DNA from: a virus
Reading direction: 5' to 3' (one strand)
IMG/VR virus record: IMGVR_UViG_3300043446_000899
Location: 9,159 to 73,158 of that record
DNA: 64,000 nucleotides
Shown: piece by piece, positions 49,620 to 59,685 of the stretch
Layout of the letters: each line of letters begins with the position of its first letter
Numbering within the stretch: the first letter of the stretch is position 1
Translations under genes and position numbers: made by a program
The notes under the pieces: generated by a model
Told to the model about the DNA's origin: nothing
The model's input: the letters and a program-made list of their open reading frames with translations, nothing else
Database searches by the model: none

Positions 49620-49846
49620 GACAATTAATAATTGTGGCAATATGTATACTGATAATGTTTTACATTGCTGTGGGTGACAACAAACAGCTAGGTGAACAGC
49701 AACAGGTAATAGATTCACTACAGCAAGAACTATATATTACTAATATAAACCTTAGTAGATATGAAATGACTCTTGAGCTATTATCAGAACAAGATAGTTT
49801 ATCTGCAGTAAAATTTGATAGTATATACACTAACGAAACAGAATAA
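49616..49846 (+). CDS. small membrane-anchored protein (76 aa)
   Basis: N-terminal LIIVAICILIMFYIAV. Confidence 0.45.
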   Translation: MRQLIIVAICILIMFYIAVGDNKQLGEQQQVIDSLQQELYITNINLSRYEMTLELLSEQDSLSAVKFDSIYTNETE

Positions 49847-50007
49847 TGGCAACAAAAATAGAAAAACAGGTACAATTTAACGATTGGGCACGTAAATTTG
49901 CAGTGTCTTCACTATGGGACAATGAAAAGTTTGAGAACAAACAGTTCATAAGGCAATTAGATGAAGCAAGACCAATTTATGAAGCTAAACGAAATAAACG
50001 AAACTAA
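49846..50007 (+). CDS. small ORF (53 aa), not in the track
   Basis: ATG overlaps the preceding TAA. Ends 2 nt before the polymerase ATG. Confidence 0.3.
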   Translation: MATKIEKQVQFNDWARKFAVSSLWDNEKFENKQFIRQLDEARPIYEAKRNKRN

Positions 50008-50009
50008 TT

Positions 50010-51962
50010 ATGAATATACTCATCTATGACATAGAAACCATGCAGGAGCTGTTTCTAGTTTGTATATATAATCCTGAGACACAGCAATGGCATGAATTCC
50101 AGGTGAGTAAGAATACAAACCAGATTGATGCATTTGTTAGGTTTACAGAAGATTACAAAGACTTCTATTGGGTAGGTTATAACAATCTACGCTTTGACAG
50201 TCAAGTAGTTGAGTGGATCATACGCACTCATCAAGATTGGCATGAATTAGGTGCATTAGAAGTAACTGCATTAATAGCTCAGAAAGCTGCAGATGTTATA
50301 CATGATGCTAACTATGATGTATTCCCTGAATATAGAGAGGAATGGTTACACAACAAACAGATAGATTTATTCAGAGTGAACCACTATGATAACAAGAATC
50401 GTAGAGTGAGCCTGAAGAGACTAGAGTTTGAGATGGACCTAGAGAACATAGAAGAGATGCCTATACATCACACCAAGACAAACATGACAGATGAAGAAAT
50501 TCAGCTGACTATTGAGTATTGTCGTAATGATATATATGCAACCTATGAGTTCTACAAAGTAACAACAGGTGATACAGATCATCCATTGTACAAGGGCAAT
50601 AATCAAATAGAGCTCAGACAAGATATTGAAGAAGAGTTTGGTATACCATGTCTTAACTATTCTGATAGTAAGATTGGTGACGAGATGATTAAGAAATATT
50701 ATTGTCAAGAGAAAGGTATACAATATGGTGATCTACCAAAGAAAGGATATTTTCGTAAGGAAGTGAAGGCCAAGAATTGTATAGCTGATTATGTAGCATT
50801 CCAGACACCAGAGCTGCAACAGTTCTTAAAACATGTACAAAAGCAAGTATTTACACTCACTGATGATTTTAAAGAGTCATTAGAATTCTATGATAATGTA
50901 TATACGTTTGCCAAGGGTGGTTTACATACAGAAAACAAACCTAAAATATTTGAAGCTGATGAAGAAACTCTTATTGTGGATTGGGATGTCTCCTCTTATT
51001 ATCCTGCTATTATTATTAACAACAATCGTTACCCTCAGCATTTGGGCCGTGAGTTTCTTAAGGGCTACAAGCAGATGTTTGAGAAAAGATTGGAACTTAA
51101 GCCTCTGGCTAAGAAAGATAAAAAGATTAAAGGTATTGTTGGTGCTCTCAAGCTTGCTGTTAATAGTGTGTACGGTAAATCTAGTGATATGCAGTCATGG
51201 ATCTATGATAGACAACTTACTATGTTTACTACTATCACTGGCGAGCTTAGCTTGCTTATGCTTATTGAAGCTTATGAACTAGCTAGTATACATGTTATAT
51301 CTGCAAATACAGACGGTGTAACTATCTCTGTAAAGCTTACGCATGTAGATAAGATGCATGAGATTAACAAATGGTGGATGGACATCACACAGTATGAACT
51401 AGAACGCACTGACTATTCTAAGATTATCTTCAGCACAGTTAATGACTATTTAGCAATTAAAACAGATGGAGAAATTAAAAAGAAAGGTGATTTTCTCACG
51501 GATTTTGAGCTGCATAAAAATAAGTCTGCTCGTATTGTTCCTATTGCTCTTGATAGATTTTATACAGAAGGTATACCTATTGATGAAACTATACGCAATC
51601 ATAAAAACATTTATGATTTCTGTCTAAGACAGAAGGCTAGTAAAGACTTTCATTATGAAGGTGTAGCTGGTACTAAGAGAACAGTGTACAATAAGCTTAT
51701 TCGTTATTATGTATCCAAAACAGGTGAGAAATTACTAAAAGTAAAGAATCCTGAATGTACTTCTAATGCTGCTGACGTATCTCAAGTGGAAGCAGGTGAA
51801 TGGGTGATGCATGTATGTAATCATCTAACACCAGATCATCCTCTAGATAACATTAACCACGCTTATTATATAGAGCGTGCTGAACGCATAGTTAGTAAGA
51901 TACAGTTTGAAGGTAAGAAACGTAAAATTATTGTTAATCCTAATCAAATGAGTTTATTCTAA
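50010..51962 (+). CDS. family B DNA polymerase with 3'-5' exonuclease (650 aa)
   Basis: ExoI IYDIET, ExoII YNNLRFDSQVV, ExoIII YCRNDIYATYEFY, motif A DWDVSSYYPA, motif B KLAVNSVYGKS, motif C variant ISANTDGVT. Confidence 0.75.
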   Translation: MNILIYDIETMQELFLVCIYNPETQQWHEFQVSKNTNQIDAFVRFTEDYKDFYWVGYNNLRFDSQVVEWIIRTHQDWHELGALEVTALIAQKAADVIHDANYDVFPEYREEWLHNKQIDLFRVNHYDNKNRRVSLKRLEFEMDLENIEEMPIHHTKTNMTDEEIQLTIEYCRNDIYATYEFYKVTTGDTDHPLYKGNNQIELRQDIEEEFGIPCLNYSDSKIGDEMIKKYYCQEKGIQYGDLPKKGYFRKEVKAKNCIADYVAFQTPELQQFLKHVQKQVFTLTDDFKESLEFYDNVYTFAKGGLHTENKPKIFEADEETLIVDWDVSSYYPAIIINNNRYPQHLGREFLKGYKQMFEKRLELKPLAKKDKKIKGIVGALKLAVNSVYGKSSDMQSWIYDRQLTMFTTITGELSLLMLIEAYELASIHVISANTDGVTISVKLTHVDKMHEINKWWMDITQYELERTDYSKIIFSTVNDYLAIKTDGEIKKKGDFLTDFELHKNKSARIVPIALDRFYTEGIPIDETIRNHKNIYDFCLRQKASKDFHYEGVAGTKRTVYNKLIRYYVSKTGEKLLKVKNPECTSNAADVSQVEAGEWVMHVCNHLTPDHPLDNINHAYYIERAERIVSKIQFEGKKRKIIVNPNQMSLF

Positions 51963-52216
51963 TGGCAAAGATTAATAGAGAAAACATAGCTGACCACTTG
52001 GTAGACTACCAATTATATATGATTGGTAAGTCTATACAAGAGGCTCATATGACAAAAGAATGGTATAGTAAATGGACTATGACAGAGGAACAGCATGAAG
52101 AATTCAAAGCTTATGCTATTCCTTTAATTAAAAAGGTATTTAAATGCAACAAAGCAAGAGCAGAAGCTACCTTTGGCTGGTTTGATTTACAATTTGGATT
52201 ACGCATAAAAGGTTAA
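51962..52216 (+). CDS. hypothetical protein (84 aa)
   Basis: ORF overlapping the polymerase stop. Confidence 0.45.
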   Translation: MAKINRENIADHLVDYQLYMIGKSIQEAHMTKEWYSKWTMTEEQHEEFKAYAIPLIKKVFKCNKARAEATFGWFDLQFGLRIKG

Positions 52217-52218
52217 GC

Positions 52219-52395
52219 ATGTCTGAACAAAAATATATAATAAGACCTGTTCAAGTGGGACAAAGATCACATCTTGGTAAAAGAATGATTAACTGGTGGA
52301 TATTCACCATGGTTCCTAAAAAGAAGAAACACAGCGGTCCATATTATTCTAGATGGGACGCACAACAACAATTAGATCAAATTTTAAACAAATAA
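52219..52395 (+). CDS. small basic ORF (58 aa), not in the track
   Basis: MSEQKYIIRPVQVGQRSHLGKRMINWWIFTMVPKKKKHSGPYYSRWDAQQQLDQILNK. Confidence 0.3.
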   Translation: MSEQKYIIRPVQVGQRSHLGKRMINWWIFTMVPKKKKHSGPYYSRWDAQQQLDQILNK

Positions 52396-52397
52396 TT

Positions 52398-52583
52398 ATG
52401 GCTTATTCAACATGTTGTGGGGCATACTCTCGTATGCCTGAGATAGACATTTGTCCAGACTGTATGGACCATTGCGATTGGGAAGATGAGACAGATGATG
52501 AACCATCTGATGATCAAATCAATAACAATCATAGAACAGAGGGAGGGATTTCATTTTCAACACCTGCTTGGAATGGCAGATAA
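52398..52583 (+). CDS. Cys-rich small protein (61 aa from the internal start; track ORF begins at 52353)
   Basis: MAYSTCCGAYS...CPDCMDHC. The internal ATG at 52398 avoids overlap and carries the AAACAAATAATTATG context. Confidence 0.4.
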   Translation: MAYSTCCGAYSRMPEIDICPDCMDHCDWEDETDDEPSDDQINNNHRTEGGISFSTPAWNGR

Positions 52584-52595
52584 AAACAATTAATT

Positions 52596-53159
52596 ATGGG
52601 AGCAACACAATTTAAAGTAAGAAGCACTGGCAGAACAGCAGCAGAAGCATACAAAAGAGCTTGTGAAGAAGCTGAAGAAGAATATGGTCATCAAGATGGT
52701 TACAATGGTACCATTAGTACTACTACTGGATTCAGAGATGAAACAGAAGCATATAAGAAAAGTAAGTTCAAAGATGTGTCTTCTTACATATATGATAGAT
52801 TTGATAGTCATAGCATGGGCAAACGTGATTGTTCAGCTATATGTGTTGTACCACCTATAGGTAATAAGAACAAGACCAAGTCTCAAGTGGAGCACATTGT
52901 TACACCAGGTACCAAGAAATGGGTACTTTATTATGTAGTGTACAATGGTTACAATGATCAGATGATTGCATCTTGTTCTACTAAAGGTGAAGCTGTCAAG
53001 AAAGCTAGAGAATATACAGAAAAGCATCAAACTCCTACAAACATATGCATGGAGAAAGGGCTTGAAAAAGGCAATAGAACAGTAGCTAGAATCACATATA
53101 AAAAAGCACCAACAGAAAGAAACGGTGAGTGGATTTTCTTTGGTTATGCAGCAGAATAA
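52596..53159 (+). CDS. hypothetical protein (187 aa)
   Basis: ORF. Confidence 0.5.
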   Translation: MGATQFKVRSTGRTAAEAYKRACEEAEEEYGHQDGYNGTISTTTGFRDETEAYKKSKFKDVSSYIYDRFDSHSMGKRDCSAICVVPPIGNKNKTKSQVEHIVTPGTKKWVLYYVVYNGYNDQMIASCSTKGEAVKKAREYTEKHQTPTNICMEKGLEKGNRTVARITYKKAPTERNGEWIFFGYAAE

Positions 53160-53161
53160 TT

Positions 53162-53401
53162 ATGCAAGGAAGAAAAGTAACAACAAAAGATATAAGAAGT
53201 AACAAGTTACCAAGCAAAAATATATTAAATACTACACTAGTTACACAAGTTGAAGTTATAGAGAACGGAGTTGTTAAATACTATAACTGGGACGGCAGAT
53301 GTAAAGTGTATGCAATGGTTGAAGACACAGGAAAGACATTACGATTATATATAAACCATAAAAATAGAACAGATGAGCAAATTACAGGTGTTGTACTTTA
53401 G
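53162..53401 (+). CDS. hypothetical protein (79 aa from the internal start; track ORF begins at 53129)
   Basis: MQGRKVTTKD.... The internal start avoids overlap with the previous gene. Confidence 0.4.
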   Translation: MQGRKVTTKDIRSNKLPSKNILNTTLVTQVEVIENGVVKYYNWDGRCKVYAMVEDTGKTLRLYINHKNRTDEQITGVVL

Positions 53402-53639
53402 TGCACCATGGTGTGGACCATGTAAAATGTTTAAACCAGCATTCAACGAGACAGTTGAAAAGTTTGATGATATTGATGTACAACAGATTAACGTTGATGA
53501 TAATCAAGAATTATCTAAGGATCATGCAGTTAGGAGTATTCCTACAGTTATAATGATTAAGGATAGTAAGGAAGTATTTAGAAACGTTGGTGTAATGCCA
53601 AAAAGTCAATTAGAATCATTAATCAAAACCCATAAATAA
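53373..53639 (+). CDS. thioredoxin (short-form, 88 aa)
   Basis: WCGPCK active site, cis-Pro motif SIPTVIMI, size and C-terminal helix. Confidence 0.75.
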   Translation: MSKLQVLYFSAPWCGPCKMFKPAFNETVEKFDDIDVQQINVDDNQELSKDHAVRSIPTVIMIKDSKEVFRNVGVMPKSQLESLIKTHK

Positions 53640-53640
53640 C

Positions 53641-53874
53641 ATGCCAGATATTTCAATGTGCAAAGGTGGTTCTTGTCCATTAAGACTGAACTGCCACAGA
53701 TATACAGCAACAGCTGAGCCATTAGGTCAATCATATTTTCAAGATCCTCCATATAAAATGGACTTTATGTTTAGTGAGCATTTTAACAGTTTTGGTGTTG
53801 TGACCACAGCATGTCCTTTCTTTTGGAACAATAAAGACTATGAAAATGAAAGACCAAAGTTTGAAAATAAATGA
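53641..53874 (+). CDS. Cys-rich small protein (77 aa)
   Basis: CKGGSCPLRLNCHRY...ACPFF. Confidence 0.4.
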   Translation: MPDISMCKGGSCPLRLNCHRYTATAEPLGQSYFQDPPYKMDFMFSEHFNSFGVVTTACPFFWNNKDYENERPKFENK

Positions 53875-54049
53875 GGATTGGGAGCGTGAAGCACTCAAAG
53901 ATTTCATATATTTGCATGAGGAAAAGCAGATAATTGCTGAAGAAATCCAACAGGAAATTAACAGAAAACCTGCTAAAATAACAGTTGTTGACAAAGACAA
54001 TATATTAGACAAACAACATGAATATCACAGTAACACATTACCATTTTGA
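53840..54049 (+). CDS. hypothetical protein (69 aa)
   Basis: ORF overlapping both neighbours by ~30 nt. Confidence 0.35.
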   Translation: MKMKDQSLKINEDWEREALKDFIYLHEEKQIIAEEIQQEINRKPAKITVVDKDNILDKQHEYHSNTLPF

Positions 54050-54644
54050 GGAGATTATTAAAGCTGGCTATACGCTAGATATGATTTATTTCCTTAAACT
54101 TGTGGAAGAAGGTGTTGATGTGGAAAGTATGTGCTCAGATCCAAAACTACAAATGCTTTGCCAGACAGTGAGAAGAAAGGGGCTATTATCAGAATCTTTC
54201 AAGCTCACTGTCATTGGTAAATCTGTATTAGGATTTCTAGATGAAGATGGTACACCAGAAACTAAATTAGTTAAGCAGAAAAAGAACGCTAATGATTTTG
54301 ATGAGTGGTGGAAAGCTTATCCAGGTACTGACACATTCACACACAAAGGACAATCTTTCACAGGTACTAGAAGCATGCGTGTAAAGAAAGATGACTGTAA
54401 GGTCAAGCTTTACAACATTCTATCTGAAGGTGAATACACTATCAAAGAAATGATAGCAGCTTTAGAATACGAAGTGCTTCAAAAGAAAGAGAATTCTGTA
54501 AAGACAAAGACCAATAGGTTGACATTTATGCAGAATAGTCTCACGTATCTAAATCAAAGAACATTTGAACCCTTCATTGAATTGATTAGAGAAGGTAAAA
54601 CGGTGGTTGAAGAACCAGTAGTAAGAGGAGGCACAGATATATGA
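54018..54644 (+). CDS. hypothetical protein (208 aa)
   Basis: ORF. Confidence 0.5.
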   Translation: MNITVTHYHFEEIIKAGYTLDMIYFLKLVEEGVDVESMCSDPKLQMLCQTVRRKGLLSESFKLTVIGKSVLGFLDEDGTPETKLVKQKKNANDFDEWWKAYPGTDTFTHKGQSFTGTRSMRVKKDDCKVKLYNILSEGEYTIKEMIAALEYEVLQKKENSVKTKTNRLTFMQNSLTYLNQRTFEPFIELIREGKTVVEEPVVRGGTDI

Positions 54645-55492
54645 AAATTATCAGACAAAGAACCAAAACTCTTGTTACAAGAGATAATGGTAGAAGTTCA
54701 GATGCTGTCACTCCAAACTTTGTATATGGTTGCTTAGGTGGATGTATGTCTTCTTATTGTTATGTAGGTAGATACAATAATGATAAAGTGTATCTAAATG
54801 AGAACACAGATGACATAATACAATCTATGGAACTATGGCTAGTTAAACAACCAGATGTAAAGATTCCTAATCAATGTGATGATAAATACTACACGCTTGA
54901 TATAGGCTGTAGTACAGATGTACCATTGATGTCCAAGCATTACAATTGGCAAGTGGTATTTGATTTCTTTAATACTCATCCAAAAGCCAAAAGCACCTTT
55001 GCCACTAAGTATCCTACAATGTTTAGACCAGAGAGATACACTCTGAACAAAGACAAGAATAGGATTAGAGTGAGTTTGATGCCTCAGAAGTATTCTGATA
55101 TATTAGAACCTAACACAGACTCTATATCAGATCGCATACAATCTATACCAAATCTGCAGAATTATATGGAAGTGCATATAAACTATAGCCCTATTATATA
55201 TGAAGAGGGATGGTTAGATGAGTATAGAAAGCTATTTCAAGAGGTGAAGGACGCAGGTATTGATGTTAAATGTGAATGTATATTCTTAACACACAATGTT
55301 CATCAGCATGCACGTAACAGTGATGCTGTACAAGAGTTGTTGTGGAAGCCAGATATACAGGAAGCAAAAGATTCAAGCTATGCTGCAGATAATATACGCT
55401 ATAAATGGCAATTGAAAAGAAATATGGTAGAACAGTTCAAAGAGTTGTATTCAGAATTCTTTGATGTATCAAATATACGTTACATATTTTAA
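54641..55492 (+). CDS. hypothetical protein with N-terminal Cys cluster (283 aa)
   Basis: FVYGCLGGCMSSYCYVGRY (a C-x3-C-x4-C arrangement). Not the canonical radical-SAM spacing. Confidence 0.5.
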   Translation: MKIIRQRTKTLVTRDNGRSSDAVTPNFVYGCLGGCMSSYCYVGRYNNDKVYLNENTDDIIQSMELWLVKQPDVKIPNQCDDKYYTLDIGCSTDVPLMSKHYNWQVVFDFFNTHPKAKSTFATKYPTMFRPERYTLNKDKNRIRVSLMPQKYSDILEPNTDSISDRIQSIPNLQNYMEVHINYSPIIYEEGWLDEYRKLFQEVKDAGIDVKCECIFLTHNVHQHARNSDAVQELLWKPDIQEAKDSSYAADNIRYKWQLKRNMVEQFKELYSEFFDVSNIRYIF

Positions 55493-55501
55493 ACAAAAAT
55501 T

Positions 55502-56566
55502 ATGAGTTTTGAAGATTTAAAGAAAGCAGTTCAAGAAGGTTTAGACGGTAGGAATAATGGTATTCCTATGGGCTTTAACAGATTGAACAGATATATAGGC
55601 ATTAGAAAGTCTATGTATACATTAGTGGGCGGACTAACTGGTTCTGGTAAAACATCATTCATTGATGATGCATATGTCCTTAATCCATTTGATTGGTATA
55701 TAAGCAAGGAGAATAAAACCAACATTAAGTTAAAGATTATCTATAGATCCATGGAGCGTAGCAGAACATATAAGTTTGCTAAGTGGGTGAGTCGTAAGAT
55801 ATTTCTTGATCAAGGTGTAATCATTCCTGTTAATAAACTATTAGGTTGGACAGACAAGATGACTCATGATGAACATGATTTGTTTCTGATGTATGAAGAC
55901 TACATGGGAGAGATGAATGAAGTGATGACTATCATAGATGGACCAGAGAATGCTGTAGGTATTGCTAAAGATTTAAAGACTCATGCTTTGGCTAATGGTA
56001 CAATAGAACAAATGGATCAATACAATAAGAAATACATTCCTAATAATGAGAATGAAATAACTATTGTTGTTATTGATCATATTGGTCTATTGAAAGTTAC
56101 CAAAGACCAACCAACTAAAAAGCAAGCTATTGATAAGATGTCTGATGAGCTGAGATATGCTCGTGACATGTATGGATATAGTCCTGTAGTGGTTAGTCAG
56201 TTTAACCGTGACATTTCAAATCAAATGAGATTGAAGAATGGTGACGTTGAACCAAGACTAGAGGATTTTAAAGAATCAAGTTCTACTCAGGATGATGCTG
56301 ATGTTGTATTAGCATTGTTTGACCCTATGAGATATAAAGTGGCAGATCCATCTGGTTATGATTTAAACAGACTAGTAGATGATTATGGTGCAAAGTATTT
56401 CAGATCACTGAGACTAATTAAGAATAGTTACGGTGAGGATGATGTAAGAATAGGCTTAGGTTTCCTAGGTCAAATTGGTATGTTTAAAGAACTACCAAGA
56501 CAGAGAGATATGACTGAAGATGATTATAGGTCTGTATTAAATAAAACGTATTTCCTAAACAAATAA
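55502..56566 (+). CDS. DnaB-family replicative helicase (RecA-fold domain, 354 aa)
   Basis: Walker A GGLTGSGKTSF, Walker B IVVIDHIGLL, H3-like SQFNR. Confidence 0.65.
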   Translation: MSFEDLKKAVQEGLDGRNNGIPMGFNRLNRYIGIRKSMYTLVGGLTGSGKTSFIDDAYVLNPFDWYISKENKTNIKLKIIYRSMERSRTYKFAKWVSRKIFLDQGVIIPVNKLLGWTDKMTHDEHDLFLMYEDYMGEMNEVMTIIDGPENAVGIAKDLKTHALANGTIEQMDQYNKKYIPNNENEITIVVIDHIGLLKVTKDQPTKKQAIDKMSDELRYARDMYGYSPVVVSQFNRDISNQMRLKNGDVEPRLEDFKESSSTQDDADVVLALFDPMRYKVADPSGYDLNRLVDDYGAKYFRSLRLIKNSYGEDDVRIGLGFLGQIGMFKELPRQRDMTEDDYRSVLNKTYFLNK

Positions 56567-56738
56567 AACATGAGAATAACAAGCAATGTGTACAACACAT
56601 TACCAAGTAAAGAAAGTCATTGGTGGCAGGTGGTCCTGATACCAACGATTGCTATTATGAATAACATTCAAGAGTTTGACCCATACATAGCAATTAATAT
56701 AGAATGGTTATTTTGGTCACATACAATTATTATAAATT

Positions 56739-57839
56739 ATGGCAACCCTCCAGAAGAACCAGAGTCCTACTTTAAGGAATAAAAGACAGCAAGAATTTGC
56801 TGATATATGGTTGAATCATGGAATGTTTGGTATCCTTAATCTATGTCCTAGATTTGGTAAGATATACACTACCATCAATATTCTAGAGAAATTAGATAAG
56901 AACATTAATATCCTGATAGCATATCCTGACTTAAAGATCAAAGCATCTTGGGAAGAGGATTTCAAAGCTAGAAAGTACAAGAATCCTAATATCACTTATA
57001 CTACGCACTTATCCATTAAAAAGCACACAGGTGGCTTTTATGACTTAGTTGTGCTTGATGAGATACATTTACTCTCTGAAGCACAAATAGAGGCTGTAAA
57101 AGAGCTTACGTGCACAAAGGTGCTTGGTTTAACTGGTACATTGTCTAGCTGGACTGAGAAAACACTCAGAGAAGAGCTTGACTTAACTGTATTAGCTGAA
57201 TATCCTATTGAACAGGCTATTGAAGAAGGTGTTATTGTAGACTATCAAATCACCGTGGTTACCACTCCTTTGGATGATGTAATAAAACGTAACTATAAGG
57301 GTAAATGGAAGACTGAGAAGAAGCAATTTGATGCATATGGATGGGTAATAGATCAAATGGAAAGACAGGGTAAGGCAACTATGTTCTTACGTCTAGCCAG
57401 AATGAGAATAATCCAGAACAGTGTGGCCAAATTGAATCTTACCAAAAGGATTCTAGATAAGTACAAGGATGAGCGTATTTTGGTGTTCTGTGGTGTAACA
57501 GCTATAGCAGATGAACTAGGTATACCTGTATATCATAGCAAAGCAGGAGACAAACAAGTCTTTGAAGACTTTGCTTCTGGTAAGGGTAATCACCTGGCTG
57601 TTGTAAAGATTGGAAACACTGGTGTAACATATAAACCACTCAACCGTGTGATTATCAATTACTTTGATAGTAATGGTGAAAACCTAGCCCAAAAGATTAA
57701 TAGATGTATGGCTATGGAATACAACAATCCAGAGAAGAAAGCACAAATATATATAGTGTGCTCTACAGAAGATGTAGAAAAGAAATGGCTCAACAAAGCG
57801 TTAGAGTTCTTTGACAAAAACAAAATTAAATACGTATGA
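56739..57839 (+). CDS. SF2 (DExH) helicase-like protein (366 aa)
   Basis: GK motif CPRFGKI, LVVLDEIHLL, LTGTL, and C-terminal helicase-like motifs. Confidence 0.5.
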   Translation: MATLQKNQSPTLRNKRQQEFADIWLNHGMFGILNLCPRFGKIYTTINILEKLDKNINILIAYPDLKIKASWEEDFKARKYKNPNITYTTHLSIKKHTGGFYDLVVLDEIHLLSEAQIEAVKELTCTKVLGLTGTLSSWTEKTLREELDLTVLAEYPIEQAIEEGVIVDYQITVVTTPLDDVIKRNYKGKWKTEKKQFDAYGWVIDQMERQGKATMFLRLARMRIIQNSVAKLNLTKRILDKYKDERILVFCGVTAIADELGIPVYHSKAGDKQVFEDFASGKGNHLAVVKIGNTGVTYKPLNRVIINYFDSNGENLAQKINRCMAMEYNNPEKKAQIYIVCSTEDVEKKWLNKALEFFDKNKIKYV

Positions 57840-58048
57840 TACTAGAATTATTTGAAGAAAGTAGACCTGATACAGGTACAATGTATGTAGTGAGAGCTGA
57901 TGGTTCAAGTCTTAAATGGTTTTCAAGAAAAGAAGACGCAGAGAAGTTTTATGATGAGATTTTAGCTAATCCAAGCGTACTAGAACCTACTAAAATTATT
58001 TTGAAAAGTGATGAAATTAATGTACCTTTGATAGAACAAAACAGTTAA
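57836..58048 (+). CDS. hypothetical protein (70 aa)
   Basis: ORF coupled to the helicase stop. Confidence 0.4.
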   Translation: MILELFEESRPDTGTMYVVRADGSSLKWFSRKEDAEKFYDEILANPSVLEPTKIILKSDEINVPLIEQNS

Positions 58049-58052
58049 AAAC

Positions 58053-58724
58053 ATGGCAAGTAAATTAATTGGGATTGTGGGTCCCACTGGAACAGGAAAG
58101 TCCACATCAATCAAACATTTAGATCCAAAAGAGACGTACATCATTAACGTTGCTAAGAAAGAATTACCTTTCAAAGGAGCAGAGAAGTTGTACAATTTGG
58201 AGAACAAGAATTACAAAGAGGTAGATGATGCTGTAGAAATCACAAAGTTATTACGAGTGATTTCAGAGAAAGCTCCTCACATCAAGAACATCATTATTGA
58301 AGACTCTAATTACATTATGGGTTTCAATATTGTATCTAAAGCTGACCAAGTTGGTTTTACTAAGTTTAGCTTAATGGCTAAGGATATGGTAGAACTATTC
58401 AGAGAAGCTCGTAAGTTACGTGATGACTTGAAGATATTCTATTTTACACACCCAGAGACTATTGAAGATTCTGGTGAGATTATAGGATATAAGATTAAAA
58501 CCGCTGGTAAGTTAATTGACAATCAAATTGTATTAGAGGGATTATTAACAATCTGCTTGTATACACATGTTGATGAGTCAAAAGATGGTACTGCTACCTA
58601 TAGTTTTGTAACTAACAGATTCAAGAAGTACCCAGCTAAGAGTCCAGATGGTATGTTTGCTGACATCAAGATTCCAAATAATTTACAGACAGTAGTAGAC
58701 ACAATTGACGAGTATTATAATTAA
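58053..58724 (+). CDS. P-loop NTPase (223 aa), replication/recombination-associated ATPase
   Basis: Walker A GIVGPTGTGKST, Walker B-like NIIIEDSNY. Confidence 0.55.
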   Translation: MASKLIGIVGPTGTGKSTSIKHLDPKETYIINVAKKELPFKGAEKLYNLENKNYKEVDDAVEITKLLRVISEKAPHIKNIIIEDSNYIMGFNIVSKADQVGFTKFSLMAKDMVELFREARKLRDDLKIFYFTHPETIEDSGEIIGYKIKTAGKLIDNQIVLEGLLTICLYTHVDESKDGTATYSFVTNRFKKYPAKSPDGMFADIKIPNNLQTVVDTIDEYYN

Positions 58725-58747
58725 TCATAAACAAAAACGTAGAAAAC

Positions 58748-59623
58748 ATGAGTAACATTGGAGGCAAAAAAAGAGAACAACAACAGTTTGATGGAAAAGA
58801 CTTTGCTAAAAAAGTAGGCTTATTTGAAGCTGAAGTAGTAGCAATCAATCCAACAACAGAAGAGTACAAGGACATTTTAGGAATGGACTTGAAAGAAGAC
58901 AGTAAAGCAACTGAGTATCTAAGTAAGAACCAAGATGGTAATACTATCTTACGTGTAGATGTTTGGTTGGAAGAAATCAAGAACAAAGATAAGTTCAAGG
59001 TGACTTTCTTCTTAGAAAACAAAGAGAAAGAGAACAAGGATGGTACCAAGAAGCAGTATATCAATTCTGTAGGTATGTGTACTTGGTCTGATGATGAAAA
59101 CAACTTACCTTCATGGTTCTCTGGTAGAGAATACCGTGTAGCATATGTAGGTGAAGAGGATTTATATAACTTCTTACGTACATGGTTAGGTAACTTGGAT
59201 TTACGTGATGCTGAATCTACATTACAGATTGAGTGGTCTAAATTGATGAAGGGTAACACCAAAGATTTAAGAGCTCAAGTTGGTGGTGAATTTGCTACGA
59301 ATGTAGTAGCATTAGCAGCTATCAAAACTGTAGAGAAAGAAGATGGTCCTAAAGAGTATCAAACAATTTACAATAAAGCATTCTTACCAGCTTATGCATT
59401 AAAGAACTTTAGATTGATCAATTATGGTGATGCAGATGTTCAAAAGACATTGCGTGCTAAGAAGTCTAAAGAGTTAAAACCTCATGAGCGTTTTGTAATC
59501 AATGTAACAGGTGAATATGGTTGTAGAGATTTCTATACACTAAAAGACTTGAAAGATTATAATGCTGATGATAATTTAGTAGCATCTGATAAGGTGATTG
59601 CTGAAGACGATAGTGATTATTAA
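58748..59623 (+). CDS. hypothetical protein (291 aa) with acidic C-terminal tail; candidate ssDNA-binding protein
   Basis: Ends ...ASDKVIAEDDSDY. Lies in the replication module and is followed by a terminator. The SSB call is positional and tail-based only. Confidence 0.4.
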   Translation: MSNIGGKKREQQQFDGKDFAKKVGLFEAEVVAINPTTEEYKDILGMDLKEDSKATEYLSKNQDGNTILRVDVWLEEIKNKDKFKVTFFLENKEKENKDGTKKQYINSVGMCTWSDDENNLPSWFSGREYRVAYVGEEDLYNFLRTWLGNLDLRDAESTLQIEWSKLMKGNTKDLRAQVGGEFATNVVALAAIKTVEKEDGPKEYQTIYNKAFLPAYALKNFRLINYGDADVQKTLRAKKSKELKPHERFVINVTGEYGCRDFYTLKDLKDYNADDNLVASDKVIAEDDSDY

Positions 59624-59644
59624 TAGTGTGTTTTGTCCATTGAG

Positions 59645-59671
59645 AGCCTCACAGAAATGTGGGGCTTTTTC
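59645..59671 (+). terminator. rho-independent terminator
   Basis: AGCCTCACA-gaaa-TGTGGGGCT followed by TTTTT. Confidence 0.5.
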
Positions 59672-59685
59672 ATTAAATTTGAATC

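Noticed and set aside
52353-53401. Track starts at 52353 and 53129
   Set aside because: These upstream ATGs overlap the preceding genes. The internal ATGs at 52398 and 53162 carry the genome-typical A-rich start context and were preferred.
54641-55492. Radical-SAM enzyme call for the Cys-cluster protein
   Set aside because: The spacing is C-x3-C-x4-C, not the canonical C-x3-C-x2-C. No glycine-rich SAM motif was noticed. Left as hypothetical.
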